A DNA stretch of 64,000 nucleotides from Desulfomonilia bacterium (GTDB taxonomy: Bacteria; Desulfobacterota; Desulfomonilia; UBA1062), in contig CAXXDQ010000004.1 of the NCBI GenBank assembly GCA_963664325.2, forward strand, positions 288,001 through 352,000. The letters run 5' to 3'. Both the position numbers and the translations under genes were made by a program. Position 1 is the first letter of the stretch, and every line of letters starts with the position of its first letter. Positions 1 to 9,200 of this stretch are shown here, one piece after another. Below the pieces are notes generated by a model. It did not search any database. It was given only the letters and a program-made list of their open reading frames with translations, and was not told the origin of the DNA.

Positions 1-20
1 CTGCTTTTGTCAAAGCCCTG

Positions 21-1409
21 TCAGCTTTTCAGTTTTTCCGCGTTTTTGTTCATGGCCTTTTCAAAGGCGGCAGTGCGGCCCTTTTCAAGGCTGCCGACAA
101 GGCTTGAAAGGTTGTCCAGGTAGGCCTTAAGCGTTTCAAGAATGAAGGGGTTTTCCCTGAGCATTGTTGCGTATAGATGCGGGTCCTGGCCGTGGATGCG
201 ACCCCATATCTCGGCGGACTTCCTGGAATTTGGCGTTGAAAAGGGTTCCAGCCTGTCAGGGTGTCCTGCAATATTTAGGATTGTTGCAAGTTTGGCGACG
301 CTGTCTATATGTTCGAGCCCCTGCGTCATGGTTACAAACCTGTCATGCTGTTCCGGAGTCGACCTTGTAATGTTCGCACCGTGCTTGAAAAGAAGGTCCT
401 CGAATTCCTGAGCCATGGGTCCCGACCTTTCAGTCGGGATCGATATTATGTTCTGGCCCCTCAGGCTCTCCACGCCGGGTCCGAACATCGTATGAATGGA
501 AAGCACCTCCACTCCCTTGGGCGCCGACTCCAGCATCGCCTTAACCGCCTTTGTTTTTATGCCGGTGTTGTCGATCAGGAGCTGGCCTTTTTTCATAAGG
601 GGCGCGATCTTTCTGATCACATCCGCCGAGTGGTCAATCGGGATATTTACAATTACCGCATCGCAGGTTTTCGCGCATTCCTCATGAGAGAGAAAGGTTT
701 TACGGCCTGCGACAAAAACCCTGTAACCGAGGCTTTCAAAAAACGGCACAAGGAACGAACCCATTTCACCGGTCCCGCCTATAATGCCTATAGATCTGAT
801 CAACGGCTCATTGAAAGGCTGGTAGGGATATGAGCCCAGCGTTATTACTTCTGTATCGGAGAGCGTCGCCTGAATATCTTTTATGCACGCCCTGACGCTT
901 TCGCTGCTTATATGCCCTTCTATATCAATATAAAAAATGGAAAGGCCTTTTTTATCAGGCCTGCGGTCTATGTCGGTCATGTTGAGGTTATAACGCACGC
1001 TTATTATTTCAATCATGTCAAAGAGGAGCTTGACCCGGTCGCGCTGGGGATAGATGACAAGGCTGGTTACGTCTTTGCCGGTAGGTTTTGTCTTTCCGCC
1101 GCCTACAAGAATGAACCGGGTTTTATCCTCGCGGCCGTCTTCTGTTTTGCCTGATGCAATTATCGTCGAGCCTGTAATCGACAGGCTGCCGTGATATTTG
1201 AGAAGGCCGTCAAGGGTCTGTGCATATCGGCCAGTGATCAGGTTTTCAACGGGCACAAAACCTGAAGCTACTTTGCCCGAAGAGACGGCATTGAAAACTG
1301 CATCAACGGACGGGCTCGCCGAAGGAAGCGCATGGGGCAGATAGGGTTTTAAAGCGTTAAGCGAAAGCCTCTCAAAATTTTGAGCATAAGCAACTGTTCT
1401 GCCTGACAT
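21..1409 (-). CDS. tyrA: Prephenate dehydrogenase (TyrA) fused to an N-terminal shortened prephenate-dehydratase/ACT module
   Basis: C-terminal half has GIIGGTGEMG Rossmann motif, D-x-x-G-I-K, HTMFGP and HD..MTQG, typical of TyrA. N-terminal part has the PDT motifs VPVEN and TRF followed by an ACT domain ending LGSYP. Confidence 0.85.
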   Translation of the reverse strand: MSGRTVAYAQNFERLSLNALKPYLPHALPSASPSVDAVFNAVSSGKVASGFVPVENLITGRYAQTLDGLLKYHGSLSITGSTIIASGKTEDGREDKTRFILVGGGKTKPTGKDVTSLVIYPQRDRVKLLFDMIEIISVRYNLNMTDIDRRPDKKGLSIFYIDIEGHISSESVRACIKDIQATLSDTEVITLGSYPYQPFNEPLIRSIGIIGGTGEMGSFLVPFFESLGYRVFVAGRKTFLSHEECAKTCDAVIVNIPIDHSADVIRKIAPLMKKGQLLIDNTGIKTKAVKAMLESAPKGVEVLSIHTMFGPGVESLRGQNIISIPTERSGPMAQEFEDLLFKHGANITRSTPEQHDRFVTMTQGLEHIDSVAKLATILNIAGHPDRLEPFSTPNSRKSAEIWGRIHGQDPHLYATMLRENPFILETLKAYLDNLSSLVGSLEKGRTAAFEKAMNKNAEKLKS

Positions 1410-1496
1410 ATCCTGTATTTACCACCTTTATGTGTGCTGAATACCATTCCTTAATTGTTTCATCAAACAAATTTCCCAGCATGATACCAGCAAACG

Positions 1497-2330
1497 CTAT
1501 TGAAGGTATGTGCACGCCCCCATATACCTGTCGCGGTAATACTGCATGTTAAGCGATTCCTGGCGAATGGGTTTGCCCTTGCCCGGGGCATGAATAAAAA
1601 TGCCGTCGCCTACATAAATCCCGACATGGCTTATCTGACCGGTTCCATTTGTCGTAAAGAAAAGAAGGTCTCCTCTGTCAAGGTTTTCAGGGGCCACCGG
1701 AGTGCCATTGCTGTACTGGTCCTTTGACGTCCTCGGCACAACCAGGCCGTTCAGCTGAAAAACGGCCATCACAAGGCTGCTGCAGTCAAAGCCCTTTGTG
1801 GGCGAGATATCCCCCCACTGGTAGGGCAGGCCGATAAAACCGTTTGCGGTTGCGGCAATGTGATCCCTTAGCGTATCGCCTGTTATGGTTATGCCTTTAC
1901 CCGGAGCAATCCCTTTTGTCTGGATATATTCACCCGGGGAGATAATATGAAAATTTTCGACAATACCCTTTCTGACAAGTTCAGCGGCCGCTTTTTCCGC
2001 CTCACTCTTTGACTTGTAATCCCCGAATCTGACCCTGTACAAGCCGGCGGAATTTTTATAATAAAATGCATCAAGGCCCTGTTTCTCAAGCGATTTCGTG
2101 AGCCTTACCGCATTATCTACATTGGAAAACGCGCCGACCTGAACGGTATACCCCATGCGCTTCAGCTCTGACGCAGCCGGTTTGCCGGTGACCTGTACCT
2201 GCTCTTTATTAACGGGATATCGGGGCAGCGGTTTTACACCGGGCTTGTGAGCACATCCTCCAAACAGAATCCCGGCAACGGTTAACGCTAGCGCGAAGGC
2301 AACAGTCCCTTTCAAATGCCCCAGGGCCAT
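1497..2330 (-). CDS. SPOR domain + NlpC/P60 (C40) peptidoglycan endopeptidase lipoprotein
   Basis: Lipobox-like LFGGC; SPOR signature YTVQVGAFS..NA..L and YRVRFG; NlpC/P60 motifs GFDCSSLV, SHVGIY, FIHA. Confidence 0.9.
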   Translation of the reverse strand: MALGHLKGTVAFALALTVAGILFGGCAHKPGVKPLPRYPVNKEQVQVTGKPAASELKRMGYTVQVGAFSNVDNAVRLTKSLEKQGLDAFYYKNSAGLYRVRFGDYKSKSEAEKAAAELVRKGIVENFHIISPGEYIQTKGIAPGKGITITGDTLRDHIAATANGFIGLPYQWGDISPTKGFDCSSLVMAVFQLNGLVVPRTSKDQYSNGTPVAPENLDRGDLLFFTTNGTGQISHVGIYVGDGIFIHAPGKGKPIRQESLNMQYYRDRYMGACTYLQ

Positions 2331-4637
2331 TTAGAATATCGCCTTCGGTTCTTCGGTTGTCCCGTCTTTCTTCCCGGTATCGGCTTCTCTTGGTTTGCCG
2401 GAACCTTCCGCCGGGATTTCTACAGGAGCCGGCAGCCCGTCCGAATACTCGGTGGGCTCGGTTCCCTGTACAAACGGGAGCGATATTTTGGGGGAATTTT
2501 CCATGGCAAGCTTTCCGCTTGCCGGATCGATATCCTTTATAACAATCCCCCCGGGCTGGGATATCTGTTTGACATTGCCCAATGACGCCATTACCATGGC
2601 GGCAATGGGCATGGCGCCTGTTGCACCTGTAAATCCCGCCGGGCTGTTGTTATCAAGCCCCACCCATGAAACCAGGGATATATCCCTCGTAAAACAGGCA
2701 AACCATGAATCGCGCAAATCGTTTGTAGTTCCGGTCTTGCCGCACACGCCGTCGGGCATGCCGTAATTAACGGCGGTCTTACCGGTTCCGAAACGGATCA
2801 CGTCCATAAGGCAAAAATCGACAAGGTAAACCGCATTATCTTCAAGGATCTTATCTGGTGATGCGGCACGGCCTCTGTAAACCACATGATCCTCGACCTT
2901 CACCGCCTTGATCGCCGAAGGCTTCACCCTGAATCCCCCGTTGGCAAAGGCGGAGAACATTATGGCCATATCAAGAGGAGAGCTTTCCATGGCGCCCAGG
3001 AGCAGGGAGGGGTTTTCCTTGACCTTGTAGCCGGGGTATAAATCCCTGATCACGGACGCTACGGACCCTACACCGATATCCATTCCGAGTCTTACTGTCG
3101 CTATGTTGTAGGACTGGATCAAGGCGTCCGCCATTGTCATGCTGCCGTGTGAAACGTTATCGAAGTTGGAAGGCGTCCACTCGGTGCCGTCCCCCTGAGG
3201 CATCGAATACGGGCTGTCATCGAGCATCCTGTTCAGCGCATATCCTTTTTTCACGGCCTCATAATAGACAAAAGGCTTGACCATAGAGCCTATCTGCCGC
3301 CTCATCTGAACCGCCCTGTTGAACTGCGAATACGCATAGCTGCGGCCCCCGGACATCCCAAGGATTTCACCTGTATTCGGATTCACTGCAACTACAGCCC
3401 CCTGCAAATCCTGCCTTCCCAGACTTTTAAGCCCTATGGCAAGTTTGTCTTCGAGAGACAGCTGGACACTCATGTCTAGCGTGGTATAAATGCTGTACCC
3501 GCCTTTTGACAGGTCGCCGGCCGGAATATCGTCTTCCAGCTGGTTCAGGATATAATCGACAAAATAAGGGGCATACCTTGTTTTCGGCGAAAACGGCGCA
3601 ACACCAAGCGGGGCCTTAATGGCTTTCTTATATTCCTTTTCCGTTATCTTTTCCTGGTTCAGCATCAGTGCAAGCACCGTGTTGCGCCTTTCTTTGGCAT
3701 TTTCGGGATGCTTCCAGGGGGAAAAGAGGCCGGGATTGCATATTATTCCTGCAAGAAATGCCGCCTGCTGAAGATTTAGATCCTTAACGTCCTTGTCGAA
3801 ATATACTCGAGCGGCCCTTCCAAACCCGCATACACTGGCGTTGCCGCGCTGGCCGAGATAGACTTCATTTATGTACATCTCGAGTATCTGGTCTTTGGAA
3901 TAAAGGACGTTCAACACGATAGACAGCCAGAGCTCCTTTATTTTCCTTGAAAAGGTCCTGTCACTTGTCAGGAAAATGTTCTTCACGAGCTGCTGTGTGA
4001 TGGTCGAGCCACCCTGGGATATCCGGCCTGCTTTGATGTTTACTATGCCTGCTTTGAAAATCCGGAGCGGGTCTATTCCCCAGTTGTCGTAAAACCGCTT
4101 GTCTTCAGTTGCTATGATCGCATTGACCAGTTCAGCCGGACAGTCTTTCAGCGTCACAAGCATGCGGTCTTCAAAACTCTGGTCATAGATCGCTGCAAAA
4201 TCTTCAGGTTCAAGTGCGGCTTCATCCAGTGTGCTGCCGGAATCCGGGTCGGTGATCTGTTTAACTACTGTGCCTTCGAGTTGAATCTTTATCTTCCGTG
4301 GCTCGGCTCTTCCATCAGGGTAATCAAACTCGTGCAGGTAAATAAAATATGCCTGTTCCGACTTTCTATAATCTCCCGGCGTGCTCAGCTTTTTTACCTG
4401 ATGGTACCGCAGGCGCTTCAACCTGGTATCAATACCGAGTGATTCGATGCTTATTCCGGGTTTAAGGACGGTCTCGCTCGAATATATACGGGAGGGTATA
4501 TGCCAGTCCGGACCTTTTCCGAGGTGCTTTATCCTGCCATATGCCATGTAAATCGAAAAGGATGATACCACTATCGCAACGACAAGAAAGCTAATTATAG
4601 AGACAAAGAAGATATACCTTTTTTTCACATGATTCAT
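2331..4637 (-). CDS. mrcB: Bifunctional penicillin-binding protein 1B (UB2H, transglycosylase, transpeptidase)
   Basis: N-terminal TM; TG motifs EDKRFY and GGSTITQQLVKN, RKxxE; TP motifs SMVK, SYN, KTG; UB2H-like insert after the TM. Confidence 0.88.
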   Translation of the reverse strand: MNHVKKRYIFFVSIISFLVVAIVVSSFSIYMAYGRIKHLGKGPDWHIPSRIYSSETVLKPGISIESLGIDTRLKRLRYHQVKKLSTPGDYRKSEQAYFIYLHEFDYPDGRAEPRKIKIQLEGTVVKQITDPDSGSTLDEAALEPEDFAAIYDQSFEDRMLVTLKDCPAELVNAIIATEDKRFYDNWGIDPLRIFKAGIVNIKAGRISQGGSTITQQLVKNIFLTSDRTFSRKIKELWLSIVLNVLYSKDQILEMYINEVYLGQRGNASVCGFGRAARVYFDKDVKDLNLQQAAFLAGIICNPGLFSPWKHPENAKERRNTVLALMLNQEKITEKEYKKAIKAPLGVAPFSPKTRYAPYFVDYILNQLEDDIPAGDLSKGGYSIYTTLDMSVQLSLEDKLAIGLKSLGRQDLQGAVVAVNPNTGEILGMSGGRSYAYSQFNRAVQMRRQIGSMVKPFVYYEAVKKGYALNRMLDDSPYSMPQGDGTEWTPSNFDNVSHGSMTMADALIQSYNIATVRLGMDIGVGSVASVIRDLYPGYKVKENPSLLLGAMESSPLDMAIMFSAFANGGFRVKPSAIKAVKVEDHVVYRGRAASPDKILEDNAVYLVDFCLMDVIRFGTGKTAVNYGMPDGVCGKTGTTNDLRDSWFACFTRDISLVSWVGLDNNSPAGFTGATGAMPIAAMVMASLGNVKQISQPGGIVIKDIDPASGKLAMENSPKISLPFVQGTEPTEYSDGLPAPVEIPAEGSGKPREADTGKKDGTTEEPKAIF

Positions 4638-4752
4638 ATATTAGGTGAATATCAGGGTGTCAATACTTCCTGAATATTTGAATTTAAGGTTTACATTCCA
4701 AAACCTGCGCCTGATTGCCGTTCTTTTTCTTTAATTGAAAAAGCATATTCTG

Positions 4753-4792
4753 TAGAAACAAATCTCTTTTTAAGGTATATTGGTCTGACCAA
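4753..4792 (+). promoter_or_regulatory. Putative sigma70 promoter overlapped by a FadR-subfamily (GntR) operator TTGGTC-T-GACCAA
   Basis: TAGAAA (4753-4758), 17 bp spacer, TATATT (4776-4781); perfect palindrome at 4780-4792 matching the TGGT-N3-ACCA FadR/PdhR/LldR consensus. Confidence 0.7.
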
Positions 4793-4842
4793 ATATTATC
4801 CGCACCATGAAATTAATTTATTCAATCCGACAGGAGGAGTTT

Positions 4843-6150
4843 ATGAAGCGTTCCTTAAAACAGGTTTGTTTGTTTGTATTTGCGTTTTGCCTGATTTCAT
4901 CAGTTGCATTGGCCGATGTAACACCCGGTGAAACAATCAACCAAACAAACTGGCAGAAAATCCAGGGGCTCGTCCCGGACTACATTGTCACGTGGGTGAA
5001 AAACGGTGATATGACGATGAAGATCGGCAAACTCGATTATGACCCCGCATCCTACTGGAGCGATGACGTAAAGGCAAACTGGAAGTCAAATGTCGGCCGC
5101 TATAAAATCGATGAAAATAATGGCATCATAGATGTAAAAACAGGAAAGCCGGCGCATGACATAAAGGGGCTCCCTTTCCCTGAACCCGATGTGAAAGACC
5201 CGAAGATGCCAGTCATGCTCATGTGGAACAACATCTTTGGTGAATATTTTCTTCAGGGAAACAAACACAGCATGAACTACTGGCTTGCTTTCGGCAGAAA
5301 AGACAAAAGACCTGAAAAAGTTTTTGCCCTGGAGGACCTTACTTACATCATGAAACCCTGGCGACCCGGCTGCGACTACGCGCAACTTTCGGTCTTCCGT
5401 CAGCCCATGAGCATGTCGGGAACCGGAACGCTTGCCCTCTACCCCATTTACCCGCTTGACATCGGCAAAGGGCAGCGATTCGCCTATTCAACTGAAATGA
5501 GGAGGGAGCTCCGTCTCGATACAAAACTGACAGGCTCTGACGACCATTTCGGGTTCGATGCCGCCCCCGATGATTCATGGGTTGGTGGACCCAAAACTGC
5601 CATTAACGAGGGTGTATACAAATTCGTTCGTGAGCAGGATGCGCTCGTGCCTTATGTAGTGGAAGGTCCGCTTAAGGTCTCCTGGAAGGATAAAAACTAT
5701 CTCGGGATCGGGAGTGCTGAAACCGGTTATGAACTTAAGATGGGGTATAACACACCGGGCTGGACAGGGGCCCCGTGGCACGTCACCAATATCATATGGG
5801 TGAAGTCGAAGGTCTGGGTCTTTACGGTTAAAAGTACGGATCGCAGCTATAAATACGGCGAATGCGAGGGCTGGGTAGAGAAAGGGACATTATCACATAT
5901 CTACAAACGCATAACCGACGTTAACGGCAAGCTGTGGAAGGGATTATACTATGTGAGCCTGCCTGTTGAGTGCACTGACGGCAAATTCAAGAAGATGTCC
6001 CTTGAAGGCCAGGTTGTCGTCGACATGAGGCGTGACCATGGTTCGGTTTATCCCGGCGTTTATTACAAGGGCGCCTATTTCAAGATTCTCATAAAGAACG
6101 CAGAGCCTACTCTTTTCACGGCAGGCGGCTTTAAGCAGTTTTATAAATAA
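4843..6150 (+). CDS. DUF1329-family periplasmic protein (LolA-like sorting fold)
   Basis: AGGAGG before ATG 4843; signal peptide ending ALA-D; N-terminus PGETINQTNWQKIQGLVP, GLPFP motif and late D..GKLWK typical of DUF1329; context with YCF48/MMPL/DUF1302 genes. Confidence 0.75.
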   Translation: MKRSLKQVCLFVFAFCLISSVALADVTPGETINQTNWQKIQGLVPDYIVTWVKNGDMTMKIGKLDYDPASYWSDDVKANWKSNVGRYKIDENNGIIDVKTGKPAHDIKGLPFPEPDVKDPKMPVMLMWNNIFGEYFLQGNKHSMNYWLAFGRKDKRPEKVFALEDLTYIMKPWRPGCDYAQLSVFRQPMSMSGTGTLALYPIYPLDIGKGQRFAYSTEMRRELRLDTKLTGSDDHFGFDAAPDDSWVGGPKTAINEGVYKFVREQDALVPYVVEGPLKVSWKDKNYLGIGSAETGYELKMGYNTPGWTGAPWHVTNIIWVKSKVWVFTVKSTDRSYKYGECEGWVEKGTLSHIYKRITDVNGKLWKGLYYVSLPVECTDGKFKKMSLEGQVVVDMRRDHGSVYPGVYYKGAYFKILIKNAEPTLFTAGGFKQFYK

Positions 6151-6169
6151 GGAAAGTCAGCACTTATGA

Positions 6170-6236
6170 AGACAGCAGCCAGTATGAAAGTGAATGAATT
6201 TTAAATAGTAACCATTCCGACTGCCGGCTGCTGTCT
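6170..6236 (+). other. Intercistronic stem-loop
   Basis: 11-bp inverted repeat AGACAGCAGCC (6170-6180) / GGCTGCTGTCT (6226-6236) with no U-tract. Confidence 0.5.
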
Positions 6237-6272
6237 CTTGACTACTATATTCTGAGATTTCAGGAGGCTACA

Positions 6273-9200
6273 ATGTCATACCTTATGGGGCTAGACCTGG
6301 GCGGCGGCAGCGGCCGTGCAGTGCTTGTAGATTCAGCAACCGGAGAATCACATTCATCATCAGTCGCTTGGACCCATCCTGCAATGCCGGGTTCCATGGG
6401 ATTCGAGTTTGACCTTGACACGACGGACATATGGAACAAGATCGCCCTTGCGTGCCGAAGGGTCATGAAAAAAGCCGGAGCAAAGCCGGAGGATATCTCG
6501 GGTATTGCAACGACCTCCATGCGCCACGGAATAGTGGTGATCGATGAAACCGGCAATCCCCTGATGGCAACCCCTGCCGTGGACGCCCGCGCTGCAATGG
6601 AATCGATCACTCTCGTGGTCGAGCGCGGCAGGGAGCTCTACGAGATAACGGGCCGCTGGCCGTGTCCTGTCTTCGCTGCATGCAGGCTGATGTGGATGAA
6701 GTCAAACATGCCGGAGGCGTTTTCAAGGGCAGTGGCCTATCTGTCCGTAGCCGATTGGATCGGCTACAAGCTTACAGGCACAATCGCCATAGAAGCATCC
6801 CTCGCAGCCGAGTCAATGGCCTATGACATAAACAAACGAGAATGGTCAGCATCTCTTGTTGATTCTTACGAACTTCCGCTGACGGTATTCCCCAAGGTTG
6901 TCAACAGCGGGGAGGCAATAGGAACACTCAGCAAATCGGCCGCACAGCACCTGGGACTGGCTTCAGGGATTCCCGTTTCGGCTGGCGGCAGCGACACCCA
7001 GTGCGGGCTTCTGGGCTCAGGGGTGACTGCACCCGGGCAACTGGGAATAATCGCCGGAACGACAGTCCCCATGATGATGATCTCGGAAAAGCCCTTAATT
7101 GACCCTGAAAACAGGCTTTGGACAGGACTTGGCCTTTCGAAGGGCCAGTATGTTCTTGAAAGCAACTCGGGACCAATGGGTACGATGCTCGAACTTTTCG
7201 CAAGGATAATATCACCTGAAAGGGACAATGCAGCAGAGATCATGATGGCCGAAGCGGCCCAGTCGGCTCCGGGCTCCAATGGCCTTGTTTCAACTCTGGG
7301 CGCCCAGGTGTTCAACGGGAGTGATCTGGGCGTCCCGATGGGCAACCTTTCGATATCATACATGAGCCTGCTCAAAGGCTCCGGAAGGCCTGACACCGCG
7401 CGTTCAATCATTGAGGGCATGGCCTTCGCTCTAAGGGCGAACATTGAATCGATAGGCCGCGTAGCAGGAAGCCCCCCGAAAGAAATCCGTATAACCGGCG
7501 GCATGTCGCATTCTGGTGTTTTCACGCAGATCGTATCGGATGTCATGAACACAGTCATAGGGGTTGCGAATCCTCAGGCAACATGCATAGGTTCTGCAAT
7601 CGCTGCGGGTGTCGGGGCAGGTGTTTTCAAAAACCTGGATGAAGGGGCAGGCAAGCTCGTTAAACTCGTAAGGGAGCATTCTCCTTCAGGCAGCTCGGCG
7701 AAATACCAGGGGCTCTATCAGGGATGGAAAGGCATACTGGCCCCGGCCAAAGAGCTCGACAGCGTAACAGGAGGGATCGTGCTCAATGCAATAATGGGCG
7801 AGTCCGAGACATGCGAAACCAAGACCGACCTGAAGTTCAGGCCAAAGATATTCATATCCGCAGAAGTTGACGAGGAGTCGCTGGAAGCACTTAAGGCCCT
7901 TGGAGATGTTGAGTATGCCAGCTACCGGGAGGCAAGGAGGCTGCTGACGGGCGACGACCTTGTGAAGGCGCTGACGGGCGTCAATATTTTTATTACCGAA
8001 GTCGATGTGGTGGACGCCAAATCGCTTGCAAAGCTGCCCGACCTCAGGATGATCGTAGTCTGCCGGGCAGATCCCGTTAACATAGATATAAAGGCAGCCA
8101 CGGAATTCGGCATACCCGTGGTCAATACACCCGGCCGCAATGCCCTTGCCGTAGCCGATCTGGCAACCGCTTACATATTGAACCTTGCCAGGAAGATAAT
8201 CCCGGCTGACAGCTTTATTCACGAACCTGGCGGCGAAGCAGGCGACATGGGGCGCATGGGCAAGGCTCACGACGCCTTTCAGGGTCATGAACTGGCAGGC
8301 CTCACCATAGGCCTTGTCGGTCTTGGCGCAGTAGGGAAAGAAACCGCCAAAAGGCTTAAGGCTTTCGGTGCAAACATCCTCGCATTTGATCCCTACATAA
8401 GTGCCGAGAAAGCTGTTGTCGCAGGCGCCAGGAAGGCGGAGCTTGACGAACTACTGGCGTGCAGCGATATGGTAAGCCTTCATGCCCCGGTCACAGAAGG
8501 CACCAGGAAAATTATAAATTCTGATGCTCTGAACAAGATGAAAGACGGCGCCTGCCTTATAAACACAGCCAGGGCCGCCCTTGTCGATTATGACGCTTTA
8601 CTTGATGCTCTAAAATCAGGGAAGATTGCGGGAGCAGCGCTTGACGTATTCAATGTGGAGCCCCCGGCCGCTGATGACCCGCTTGTAAACATGCCCAATG
8701 TGATTTCAACCCCGCATATAGGAGGCAACACTGTCGAGGTGGCGGCACATCAGGGCGGCAGCGCGGCAAACGCGGTATCTGCACTTTTAAAGGGAGGTAG
8801 ACCGCAATGCCTTCTAAATCCGGAGGCTCTCAAGGAATTCTGCTGGACGGAAAAGGCAAAGATACCAGACGCGGATGTGCTGGACAAACTCATAAAGAAA
8901 CCCGGGGCATCGGTGACCGATCTTGAGGCAGGCGGCAAAAAGCAGAAGCAGGCGGTCTCTTCATGCGCAGCCGATATTTCCGGTGCCGATGAGGCCGTCA
9001 GGGAACACATGCTGAAAATAATAAAATCATTTACCTCCCGCATCGAGGCGGATGCCGAGCTCAAGATTTTTGCAGCCGACAAGGATGTGGTGATGCTCTT
9101 TGTCATGACTGACCTGGGGCTTCCTTTCTACCTGTTCTTCAGGGAAGGCGAGGTCAAAGCCGAGGCCGTTGAACCGGCCGAGGCCGATGTCGTACTCAAG

